A stretch of 64,000 bases of DNA. It comes from an uncultured delta proteobacterium. GTDB lineage: Bacteria; Desulfobacterota; Desulfobacteria; Desulfobacterales; JAHEIW01. The number at the start of each line of letters is the position of its first letter. Positions within the stretch are counted from its first letter, which is position 1. The notes under the pieces are model-generated. The model was not told the DNA's origin and made no database searches. It worked only from the letters and a program-made list of their open reading frames with translations. A program made the position numbers and the translations under genes. Positions 51,498-60,901 of this stretch are shown piece by piece. The DNA lies in assembly GCA_963706575.1 (NCBI GenBank), contig CAVPNL010000015.1:160001-224000 (forward strand). Reading direction: 5' to 3'.

Positions 51498-52016
51498 ATG
51501 AAAAAAATAATCGGACTTCTACTTGTCGCTCTGGTTTTAATTCTGGGTGCCTACCATCTGTTGATATTTTATGACAATAACTTCCGTTACGGTCGCATGC
51601 GTGAAACGCCGGCCGTGCGGCCGTATGAAGAACCACTTCTGATCAAGGAAGCCGGTCTTGTTCCGATCAACGGTGGCGAAGCTATCTACCGCGTATCAAG
51701 CGGAACCGAAATACAGTCACCCATTGATATGGCGCAACCGACCGTCATTAACAGAGGAGAAGCCGTATACCTAACCTATTGCGCCCAGTGCCATGGCCAC
51801 AATCACGATGGCAAGGGCACCGTCGGTCAGAGTTTTGCCCCGCTGCCGACCGATCTGCGCAGCGCCAAAGTCCAGGAGAGCCCTGCGGGGGTGCTTTTCC
51901 GAAATGTCAGCTACGGCGTCCCCGATGGCCGGCAGCCTCCTTTGCACGCAACCATCGCAGTTAAAGACCGCTGGAAGGTTGTGGCCTACGTCAAGTCCCT
52001 TGGCACCCGTGAATAA
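51498..52016 (+). CDS. monoheme cytochrome c, ActE-like
   Basis: N-terminal anchor, RMRETPAVRPYE, CAQCH, DRWKVVAYVKSL. Confidence 0.75.
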   Translation: MKKIIGLLLVALVLILGAYHLLIFYDNNFRYGRMRETPAVRPYEEPLLIKEAGLVPINGGEAIYRVSSGTEIQSPIDMAQPTVINRGEAVYLTYCAQCHGHNHDGKGTVGQSFAPLPTDLRSAKVQESPAGVLFRNVSYGVPDGRQPPLHATIAVKDRWKVVAYVKSLGTRE

Positions 52017-52069
52017 ATCTCCGCAAACCCAAATTCCATTTTTTTTATACCTTATTCATAATAACCTTT

Positions 52070-52250
52070 GGTTTCAGGTGTCGGGTGTCAGGTGTCAGTT
52101 TTAGAAGACAGAGGTCAGGCAACTGAGGACAGATGGTGAAACTGAAGGACGAAGCACTTTATTTGTTCTCGATTCGGCTGAGCTCGCAGCAGGCGGTTTT
52201 CTGTTTTCCGTCATCTGTTTGCTGACCCCTGAAACCTGACACCTGACACC
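52070..52250. repeat. nested inverted heptamer repeats (GGTGTCA/TGACACC and ACAGA/TCTGT types)
   Basis: outer and inner complementary arms. Confidence 0.7.
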
Positions 52251-52290
52251 TTGATTAAAGGAATTTATTATTTAGAATTTACCTGGATTC

Positions 52291-54897
52291 ATGAATAAAC
52301 ACCCTAACCCAGAAACAACCTCCCAAACATGCAACCTGTGTGGTCTGCCGTTGCGTTATGGAACCGTTAATTCGGTATTTTCAGGAGACACATATGCTTT
52401 TTGCTGTAACGGCTGCCGGCAGGTGTTTACGATTTTAATGGAGTCCACGGATTCGCCGAATCCTGAAGCTTTTCGTGAAACCGACCTGTTCAGACAATGC
52501 CGGGCCAGGGGCATCATTCCCGGCTCCGAAGAAGAACTGACCGGGGGGGACAATACCCATGCGCAAGCCGCACTGCTGCCTTCAGCGGTAGACCGGGACA
52601 ACGTTCTGACGCTCAGGCTGCGGGTCAGCAACATGTGGTGCCCGGCCTGCGCCTGGATCATCGACGAATCCTTGAAAAAAACCCCGGGCGTTGTCGATTC
52701 AGCCTGTAATTTTTCCACGGATCGGCTTCAGGTGGTTTACGATCCTGTCAAAGTCACCTCCCATCAGATCATCAAATCGATCGGCAAACTCGGTTACCGG
52801 ACGGCAGCGCCCGGTGAATCCGAAAAAACAACCGAACGCCGCAGGGAATTTGTTCGATTTGTCGTTTCTGCTTTTTTGACCATGAACGTCATGATGTTAT
52901 CCTTTGCCCTGTATACGGGGTTTTTTACGGATCTTTCTCCTGAAAATGCGGCTAAAATTTCCTGGCCCATGTTCGTCATGGCGACCGCCGTTTTAATCTA
53001 TGGCGGATATGATTTTTATAAAAAAGCCTGGGCCGGATTACGCAATGCCGCTTTCAGCATGGAAACCCTGATCATCATCGGTGCTTTGAGTGCTTACCTT
53101 TTCAGCACCTATAATCTTTTTGCAAGAAGCATTCATCTATATTACGACACCGCTTCGATGCTCATCACGCTGGTGCTCTTAGGCAAAACCCTGGAGCGCC
53201 GCGCCAAAGGAAAAGTTTTAGAAGATTTGGAAAATTTCTTTGCGTTGATGCCCACCAAGGTCAGAATATGCAGCGGCGATTTCCCCGAGGGCCGCTATGT
53301 GGCCATTGAACAGCTGATTGCCGGCGACATCTTTCGGGTAAGCGAAACGGAAATTATCCCGGCAGATGGCCGGATCCTTTCCGGCAACGGCAGCGTGGAA
53401 GAATCGTCACTGACCGGTGAGCCCTTACCGGTTACCAAAAAACCGGGTGACTTTATCAGAAGCGGTGCCCGGGTTCAGCAGGGCCGTTTTAAAATCAAGG
53501 CCGAAAAGGTCGGCACCGATTCTACGCTGGGGCAGATGATGCAGATCATCGAAAAAACACTGCTGACCAAAATGCCCATCGAGGGTAAAACCGATGTTAT
53601 ATTGCAGTGGTTCGTTCCCGTCATTCTGGTGCTGGCGGCAACCACCGGCATGGTGTGCGGGTTCATGGGATTATCGATAGAAACATCGATCCTGCGAGCC
53701 GTAACCGTGATGGTCATCTCCTGCCCCTGCGCCCTGGGAATTGCCATCCCTCTGGCCCGGGTGGCCGGTATCTCCATTGCCGGGAAAAAGGGTATCCTGG
53801 TGCGCAATTTCACTGCATTTGAACTGGCCCGCCGCATTACCGCATTTGTCTTTGACAAAACCGGAACCATCACACACGGCAACTGGACCCTGCAAAAAAT
53901 TGTGGCGTTCGCGCCTTATGATGAAAACCAGGGGCTTAAATGGGCGGCGGGGCTGGAGCAAAATTCAGATCATTTTATCGGAAGGGAAATTCTGCGGCAG
54001 GCACAAAAACGAAATATTGAACCCGCAACCATAGACGATATTCAGACGGAAGAAAATGGTGTAATCGGCCGCTTCGCGGGTGACATCCTGAAGATCGGAT
54101 CGGCGGACTTTCTGAAGGACACGACGGTAAAATTCAATCAACTTCCAGAGTCAACGACCACCCGCACAGCGGGTGGCTTGGATTTTTCCGCCATAGGCGG
54201 GAAAATACAGGGGCGCGAAGTGCCCCAATCGTGGCGGGTGGAACCGGGTGCGAAGCACCCGGTTTGGAAAACCCAATCCGATGGCAACCAACAGGGATCC
54301 GCATATTCGTATGTATATATGAGCATCGCGGATCGGCCCGCCGCCGTATTTGTTTTCGGAGACAGGATTCGAAACGGTGCCAGGGCAACCGTTGAAAAAT
54401 TGCATCAGCAGGGATTTAGGCTGGCATTGGTTTCCGGAGACGGAATTGAAACCACCCGGGCCATCGCAAAGGATCTCGGCATCCATGATGTTCACGGCGG
54501 TCAGATGCCGCAGGATAAGGTCGCAATTGTCAAAACCCTGCAAGGCCAGAACCATCCGGTGGCCATGGTGGGCGACGGTATCAATGACGCCCCCGCCCTC
54601 GTTCAGGCCGATCTCTCCCTGGCCGTACATTCCGGAGCGAATCTGGGGGAAGAAGTGGCGGATGTGACCCTGATGCGCGCAGAACCTGAACAACTCATTG
54701 ATTTTTTTAGATTTGCCGGCGCTGTTAATAAAAAAATAAGCCAAAATCTAATCTTCACATTTGCCTACAATGTGATCAGCATCCCCATGGCCATGAGTGG
54801 CCTGCTGACCCCGCTGGTGGCTGTGTCGGCCATGCTCTTGAGCAGCATCAGCGTCATTGGAAATACCCTGATGCTGGTACGGTCAGAGGACAGATGA
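52291..54897 (+). CDS. ccoI: P1B-type copper ATPase, CcoI-like
   Basis: CNLC...CCNGC, MWCPAC, TGE, CPC, DKTGT, GDGIND, YN; next to cco genes. Confidence 0.88.
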   Translation: MNKHPNPETTSQTCNLCGLPLRYGTVNSVFSGDTYAFCCNGCRQVFTILMESTDSPNPEAFRETDLFRQCRARGIIPGSEEELTGGDNTHAQAALLPSAVDRDNVLTLRLRVSNMWCPACAWIIDESLKKTPGVVDSACNFSTDRLQVVYDPVKVTSHQIIKSIGKLGYRTAAPGESEKTTERRREFVRFVVSAFLTMNVMMLSFALYTGFFTDLSPENAAKISWPMFVMATAVLIYGGYDFYKKAWAGLRNAAFSMETLIIIGALSAYLFSTYNLFARSIHLYYDTASMLITLVLLGKTLERRAKGKVLEDLENFFALMPTKVRICSGDFPEGRYVAIEQLIAGDIFRVSETEIIPADGRILSGNGSVEESSLTGEPLPVTKKPGDFIRSGARVQQGRFKIKAEKVGTDSTLGQMMQIIEKTLLTKMPIEGKTDVILQWFVPVILVLAATTGMVCGFMGLSIETSILRAVTVMVISCPCALGIAIPLARVAGISIAGKKGILVRNFTAFELARRITAFVFDKTGTITHGNWTLQKIVAFAPYDENQGLKWAAGLEQNSDHFIGREILRQAQKRNIEPATIDDIQTEENGVIGRFAGDILKIGSADFLKDTTVKFNQLPESTTTRTAGGLDFSAIGGKIQGREVPQSWRVEPGAKHPVWKTQSDGNQQGSAYSYVYMSIADRPAAVFVFGDRIRNGARATVEKLHQQGFRLALVSGDGIETTRAIAKDLGIHDVHGGQMPQDKVAIVKTLQGQNHPVAMVGDGINDAPALVQADLSLAVHSGANLGEEVADVTLMRAEPEQLIDFFRFAGAVNKKISQNLIFTFAYNVISIPMAMSGLLTPLVAVSAMLLSSISVIGNTLMLVRSEDR
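54158..54264. repeat. four consecutive hairpins inserted in-frame in the ATPase gene
   Basis: CCACCCGC-ACA-GCGGGTGG; ATTTTTCCGCC-ATA-GGCGGGAAAAT; GGGGCGC-GAA-GTGCCCC; AACCGGGTGC-GAA-GCACCCGGTT. Confidence 0.85.
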
Positions 54898-55136
54898 AAA
54901 CAGCAGCCTGCTCTTTGTTTTCTGTCTTCTGTATTCTGTTTTCTAAAAAATGAGCACTTTTATGCTAAAAATTGCCATATCACTTGCCTCTCCTACCGCA
55001 TCATCTGCAGAATCGGGTTTCAGGCCTTGAAACAGCAAAACTTTTCGCTATTAAAAAATAATATATTCCAACTACTTACACCGTTTATCGGAAGCACTCA
55101 AAATTAATGCTCTAAAGCGCATTTTTATGAAACCAA

Positions 55137-55151
55137 TGGTACTGTTTTTGC
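55137..55151 (+). promoter_or_regulatory. sigma54 promoter of the prkA operon
   Basis: TGGTAC-TGTTT-TTGC. Confidence 0.7.
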
Positions 55152-55422
55152 ATCTATACATATAGATGTGTTGTAAGGCTCGGCGTTGATATTTCGACAA
55201 TACAGGGGTTAAGGTATTGCCGGGCAAAACATATTGTGCTCGAAAAATGCAGATAATCGTAGAATTTCGACGTTTGGCCTTAATTTTTAAGATTAATTAA
55301 AGTAAACAACGATAAGTTTTTCATTTGAAAATCAGCTCGATAGAAAAATAACGCTGCCATAAATTAGGCGCCTAACGTCAAAAAATCGTTAAATTTTTAC
55401 CACAATTGCAAGGGGAGGAAAA

Positions 55423-57480
55423 ATGCCTAAAAAATCAATCACCCTTCACCAGCACCTGACGGCTGTCAAAGACGGCAAGCTGCGGTTTGAAAACGCCTTC
55501 CAGGGGGTCTCTCGCATGGTCCTGGAAAGCGAAATTGAAAAAGTGGTGGTGAACGGCAAGACAACCTACGATTTTAAGATCTTCCGCAACGGTTCCAAAC
55601 ACATCATCGGCATGTATGAGGAGATCAACAGCCTTGTTTCCTATGTGAAAGATGCGGCCGAAGGCGGTTCTTCCCAGGAAATGGCCTTTGTCCTTGTCGG
55701 TGAACCGGGAAACGGCAAAACCTTCCTCATTGAATTTCTGGCCAGCAGATATCGCAACTTCCTGTCTATAGAAAACAATCGCAAGTATACGTTTAAGTTC
55801 CTGAATCTGGACAGGGTCGGCAACTACGGCAAGATTACTGCAATTGAGTCCCAGACCTACGAAGATCCCATGCTCCTGGCCATGAATCTGTTTGATGATT
55901 CGGATAAAAATAAGGAATATCTGGCGAAACAGATCGGCTTTTCCGATAAGGATATTGAAAAACTCTATGAAAATTACCGTCCTTTAGGCGCTTGCAGCGG
56001 CTATATCTGGAATGATATCCTGACGCACTGTGACGGAAATATCGATGAAACACTTAAATTTGTCGAGATCACACCGGTACCGTTGACCGAAAGCCTGGGC
56101 ACGCTGACCGGAAAATATCCGGCCAAAGACAAAATCACCTCCTCGGCCGTGGACCTGCTGGGCGAAGAGTCCATCCAGCGCTTGCTGCATATCACTGATA
56201 CCAACAACCCCTACCGTTTTGATTTACGGCGCGGCGCCCTGGCGCGGGTCGCCGGCGGTGGAATCCATTTCAGTGACGAAATCTTCAAAAACAAAAAAGA
56301 TCTGGTTCAGGTTTACCTGGGAGTGATTCAGAACCGCAGTATCGAGATCGACGGTTTCAAATGGCCCATTGACACCTTAATTGTTGCCACCAGCAACAAC
56401 TCCGAGTTCCACCGCTTTTTGTCGGAAAAAGAAGAGGCGCCCATCGTCGATCGCTGCAGGATCTGCTATGTGTCCCACAACACCAACTACAAGCTCCAGA
56501 AAGAGCTGACCAATTATGCCATCGGCAGTGAAACCCGCACCACCCTCACCCACGAAGATCTGCACCAGGATCCGAATATGAATTATGCTTCCTCGGTGGC
56601 CGCTGTTTTAAGCCGACTGCCGCGATCTGAAAAACTGACACCGGTGGAAACCATGAAACTGGCGGCCGGAGAGGTCGCCGGCGAAAAAAGCATTAAAACA
56701 TTGGCGGAGGTCATCGACACCCTTAACCAGGATCCGGACATCATCAATCGCTTTGGCCAGAAAGGTCTTGGGCAACGGAATCTGGGCCGGGCCATCCAGT
56801 TGTTGATTGAAAGTTCTGAAACCAATGAAGGCCGGTGCATGTTCGCTTATGATATCTTTAAGGCGTTGGAGCGCATTGTTCTGGATTATGTTACCGAAGC
56901 CAACGATCGGGCCAAATATCTTGAAGATCTCAAAACCGGCAAAGGCTTGTATCGCGAACGGATTATGACCGAAATGTTCAACGCCTATATGGATGAGCCC
57001 TACGCCATTCGCAAGGACGTCATGAACTATGTGAACATGATCATCGGAATTGATGCCGAAAACTTAGGCGCCGATAAGATGTGGAAATACAAAGACCCGC
57101 AAAACAGCGAGCTGAAGGCCTTGAAAATCGATGAACGCTATATCAACAGTGTGGAAGAACGGCTGGGGCTTAAAACCGAAGAACAGCGTGAGTCCTTTCG
57201 AACTTCGATCCGCAAAATATACGGCCAGAAGATTTCAGTTGATCCGGATTACGATTTTATGGACAACCTGGAACTGGTCAAAGCCGTGACCGATGTTCGC
57301 CTCAAATCCGATATCGCCGGTGCCGGCAGCCTGATCGGCGCGCTGGCCAACCGCACCAATGAGGAAAATCAGAAGCTGTATGATCGCATGATCGAAACCA
57401 TGCTCAAAAAACTGGGCTACTGCCGCACCTGCGCCCAGAAGACAATCGAGTACTTCTGTACCCAGGAAGACGAGAAGTAA
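55423..57480 (+). CDS. prkA: PrkA/YeaG-family AAA+ serine kinase
   Basis: Walker A GEPGNGKT, HFSDEIFK, C-terminal LGYC..CA. Confidence 0.88.
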   Translation: MPKKSITLHQHLTAVKDGKLRFENAFQGVSRMVLESEIEKVVVNGKTTYDFKIFRNGSKHIIGMYEEINSLVSYVKDAAEGGSSQEMAFVLVGEPGNGKTFLIEFLASRYRNFLSIENNRKYTFKFLNLDRVGNYGKITAIESQTYEDPMLLAMNLFDDSDKNKEYLAKQIGFSDKDIEKLYENYRPLGACSGYIWNDILTHCDGNIDETLKFVEITPVPLTESLGTLTGKYPAKDKITSSAVDLLGEESIQRLLHITDTNNPYRFDLRRGALARVAGGGIHFSDEIFKNKKDLVQVYLGVIQNRSIEIDGFKWPIDTLIVATSNNSEFHRFLSEKEEAPIVDRCRICYVSHNTNYKLQKELTNYAIGSETRTTLTHEDLHQDPNMNYASSVAAVLSRLPRSEKLTPVETMKLAAGEVAGEKSIKTLAEVIDTLNQDPDIINRFGQKGLGQRNLGRAIQLLIESSETNEGRCMFAYDIFKALERIVLDYVTEANDRAKYLEDLKTGKGLYRERIMTEMFNAYMDEPYAIRKDVMNYVNMIIGIDAENLGADKMWKYKDPQNSELKALKIDERYINSVEERLGLKTEEQRESFRTSIRKIYGQKISVDPDYDFMDNLELVKAVTDVRLKSDIAGAGSLIGALANRTNEENQKLYDRMIETMLKKLGYCRTCAQKTIEYFCTQEDEK

Positions 57481-57482
57481 AA

Positions 57483-57550
57483 AGCATGGTGCATGGCGCA
57501 TGGCGCATAGCGTTCGAGAGCTTTGACCCCATGCCCCCTGCCCCATGCTC
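57483..57550. repeat. inverted heptamer tandem repeat
   Basis: (GCATGG)n ... (CCATGC)n. Confidence 0.7.
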
Positions 57551-57572
57551 CCTGCCGTAATGGGGAGCTATT

Positions 57573-58955
57573 ATGGATCCAAAACTTGTAGCGCTTTATG
57601 AACGTTTGAAGGAAAAAGGACTGACGCCCGAGCAGGAGCGCAAGATTCTTGCTGAGATGGAAGCAGCCGGCTCCCATACTTTACCCGATAGCGGCAGGCA
57701 CGGATCCTATAAATCATTCCGTAAGTATCAGAATATTTACAATTATGATGACCTGTCATTTTTGCAGGGCATCACCGCGATGCAAAGTACCCATAACACC
57801 AGCCTGCGATCCATCGATGAGCTGCTCGAAAGGGATGCGCAGCGCGAAGAAGACGGGTTCCCGCGTAAAATAAACGTGGGCCGCTTGATCAAGCCGGGTA
57901 AAGCGGGCAAAGACAAGGTTGTGGTCGTTCCTTCGACCGTTGAAGAAAAATTTATTCATGACCCCACATTGCAAACCGCCGAAGAAGAGTCCTCCGGCGG
58001 ATCCGGCGATGGGGAAGAAGGCGATGTGATCGGTGAGCAGCCGGTCCATGCGCCGGATCAAGACGGGGGCACCGGTCCGGGACAGGGGGAAGGCGCTCAG
58101 CACGAAATGGAATCCAACGCCTATGATCTGGGCCGGATCCTGACCGAAAAATTTCAACTGCCGAACCTCAAGGACAAAGGCAAAAAGCGTTCCCTCACCC
58201 GTTACACGTATGATCTCACCGATCGACACCGCGGCTTCGGCCAGCTATTGGATAAAAAAGCCACCCTGAAAAAAATTGTCGAAACCAACATTCATCTCGG
58301 CAACCTGCATGATATTAACGCCATTGATCCTGCCGAATTTCTAGTTTCACCGGCGGACATGGTCTATCGGGTACTGTCGCGTGAAAAGGATTTTGAGTCT
58401 CAGGCGATGGTCTTTTTTCTGCGGGATTATTCCGGTTCGATGGCCGGCAAATCAACGGAACTGGTCGTCACCCAGCATGTGTTGATATACAGCTGGTTGC
58501 TATATCAATATGCCATGCAGGTGGAAACGCGTTTTATTCTGCATGACACCGAAGCTTCTGAGGTAAAAGACTTTCACACTTACTACAATTCGGCGGTGGC
58601 CGGCGGCACCCAGGTATCTTCCGCATACCGCCTGGTCAATGAAATTGTTGAAAAAGAAAACCTGGCCCGGGACTATAATATTTACATTTTTCACGGCACC
58701 GATGGAGATGATTGGGACACGGATGGAAAAGAATCCTTACCCCTGCTTGAAAAAATGTTGAGCTACGCCAATCGGGTCGGTATTTCCATCGCCGAACACA
58801 CTCAGGACACCACCCACAACACCGAAGTCGAAAAATATTTAAAAAAATCCGGACTGCTGACGGAAAAGCCGGATTTAGTCAGGCTGGACGTCATGAATCA
58901 AAGCGCCAACGAACCGCGGCTGATCGAAGGCATCAAGAAACTTATATCGGAGTAA
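57573..58955 (+). CDS. YeaH/YhbH (DUF444) protein with vWA-like domain
   Basis: DYSGSM, GGTQVSSAY, YNIYIFHGTDGDDW. Confidence 0.88.
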   Translation: MDPKLVALYERLKEKGLTPEQERKILAEMEAAGSHTLPDSGRHGSYKSFRKYQNIYNYDDLSFLQGITAMQSTHNTSLRSIDELLERDAQREEDGFPRKINVGRLIKPGKAGKDKVVVVPSTVEEKFIHDPTLQTAEEESSGGSGDGEEGDVIGEQPVHAPDQDGGTGPGQGEGAQHEMESNAYDLGRILTEKFQLPNLKDKGKKRSLTRYTYDLTDRHRGFGQLLDKKATLKKIVETNIHLGNLHDINAIDPAEFLVSPADMVYRVLSREKDFESQAMVFFLRDYSGSMAGKSTELVVTQHVLIYSWLLYQYAMQVETRFILHDTEASEVKDFHTYYNSAVAGGTQVSSAYRLVNEIVEKENLARDYNIYIFHGTDGDDWDTDGKESLPLLEKMLSYANRVGISIAEHTQDTTHNTEVEKYLKKSGLLTEKPDLVRLDVMNQSANEPRLIEGIKKLISE

Positions 58956-59017
58956 GGCAACATGAATTAAAGCGCGCTTTTAACATATCAATCTTCGGCA
59001 TCAAATTAAACAAATTG

Positions 59018-59136
59018 AAAATGCCTAAAATGAGCTAAAATGCCTAAAATTTAGGAAGACTGCCATTTTATAAAAAAATTGAGCGCAGCGACGCCATAAT
59101 TTTAGGCATTTTAGGCATTTTAAATTTTAGTCATTT
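59018..59136. repeat. inverted tandem-repeat module (AATGCCTAA/TTAGGCATT)
   Basis: same architecture and GCCATTT...ATAAAAA core as 3983-4138. Confidence 0.75.
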
Positions 59137-59200
59137 GTCTGGCGAACCTAGGTCTTAATCTAAAACACTTACAAGTATGGGTCACGGTTAGGTTGCCCGA

Positions 59201-60886
59201 ATGGAATTAATAAACCAGCATACCAAAAAGATAATGGAAGGGTGCAAAGAGCGGGCCCGGGAAGCCGGGCTGCAATTTCAGGATGAAACCCTGGAGTATA
59301 TCGTCACCAACCGCGATTTGCTCGAACTGACACCCAAACTGATGATCCCGACCCTTTATGATTACTGGGTTCACGATGTAGAAGTCCTCAAAGAAAAGGG
59401 CCGCTACGAGCTTTATCCCAGCAATCCTTATGAGACGGTGATCAATACGCGGCCGGCGATCTCATACTACAATGACAATAATCCGGACTGGATGAATGTC
59501 ATGATTTTTTACCACGTGCTGGCCCATATCGATTTTTTCCAGAACAATTTGTATTTTCGGCACACCTGGGATTATGATTTCACCGGCCGCGCGCTTTCGG
59601 ATAAACGCATGATCGCTAAATTCAGATCCGAAAAGGGCCGCTGGCTGGATTATGTCATTGAGTTTGCCCGCGGCATCGATAATCTGGTGGGATACCACAA
59701 TGAGCTTTCAGCCTTAAACCGGCCGCCGGTAACGACCAAATCGAAGATGCTGGATTTTTATTTTGATGAATTTTTGCAAACCCTTAAAAAAGCAAAAATA
59801 ACTGAATATATAAAAGAAATCGAAAGATACAATGATTGCATCAAAACCAGCAAAGCCCACGGTGAAAAAACCTTTTTTGCGGAAGTGCTCCGAAAATATC
59901 CGGAGTTTGATGCCATTTACAAAAAAAGCCTCACGCAAAATTCCAATCAACAGCTGGATTTGATGCAGCATATCCTGGAACATTCCGATTTTTTAAATAA
60001 AGAAGAAAACCGCTGGATGAAACCGGTTATTGAGGTGATTCGCAAAACCTCTTTGTTTTTCCAGCCCCAGATTCGAACAAAAATCATGAATGAGGGCTGG
60101 GCCAGCTACTGGCACGAAAAGCTGTTTCTGCAGGATGACCGCATCGAAGGGCACGAGGTGGATTTTGCCCGCACTCACGCCTTTGTCACCTCATTGCCCA
60201 GGGTGGGGATGAATCCCTATGCGCTGGGAATGCGGATTTTTCATTACATCGAAGAGCTGGCGGATAAAGGCAAGTATTCAATTGAGTTTAAACGGTTGCT
60301 GGATGCCAGGGAAAGAGAAAAGTTTGATGCCAACACCGGAAGCGGCAAAGCCTTTGCTTATAAAGTTCGCGAAAATTTAAACGATTTTATGTTTATCAAC
60401 ACATTTGTGGATCAGGATTTTATCAACCGTACCAAGCTGTTTGTGGCCGCAAAGCGGCTCAACCAGAACAGGGGTGTCTGGGAGTATTATGTCAAAAGCC
60501 GCAAAGCAAGAGATTATCGCCAGATGCTTTTTGACAGTCTTTATCATCCACCCCACATCAGCATTAATCCTGAAAAAACCAAAAACGGCGACCTTTATTT
60601 ATTCCACCACTTCGAGGGCAAACCGCTGGTTAAAGAATTTATTGCCAATACGATGATGGGAATTGAGTATCTGTGGGGAGCGCCGGTTAAGCTGGAGACC
60701 AGCGAAGTCGAAAAAGTCGAATCCCGCCAAATACGCATTCCGATTCCCGGCCTGGCAATGCCATCGGAGGATGATGCCAAACAAACGGAAATAAAATGGC
60801 AGCGGGCATTATACACCATGAAAGACCGCAAGCTTTCCAGAGTGGCCTTAACGAATTCAGATGTTCATCAACCTGCAGCAAGCTAA
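59201..60886 (+). CDS. SpoVR/YcgB family protein
   Basis: YETVIN, HVLAHIDFF, PQIRTKIMNEGWASYWH, NPYALG. Confidence 0.92.
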   Translation: MELINQHTKKIMEGCKERAREAGLQFQDETLEYIVTNRDLLELTPKLMIPTLYDYWVHDVEVLKEKGRYELYPSNPYETVINTRPAISYYNDNNPDWMNVMIFYHVLAHIDFFQNNLYFRHTWDYDFTGRALSDKRMIAKFRSEKGRWLDYVIEFARGIDNLVGYHNELSALNRPPVTTKSKMLDFYFDEFLQTLKKAKITEYIKEIERYNDCIKTSKAHGEKTFFAEVLRKYPEFDAIYKKSLTQNSNQQLDLMQHILEHSDFLNKEENRWMKPVIEVIRKTSLFFQPQIRTKIMNEGWASYWHEKLFLQDDRIEGHEVDFARTHAFVTSLPRVGMNPYALGMRIFHYIEELADKGKYSIEFKRLLDAREREKFDANTGSGKAFAYKVRENLNDFMFINTFVDQDFINRTKLFVAAKRLNQNRGVWEYYVKSRKARDYRQMLFDSLYHPPHISINPEKTKNGDLYLFHHFEGKPLVKEFIANTMMGIEYLWGAPVKLETSEVEKVESRQIRIPIPGLAMPSEDDAKQTEIKWQRALYTMKDRKLSRVALTNSDVHQPAAS

Positions 60887-60901
60887 AACCGGAGACACCT
60901 C

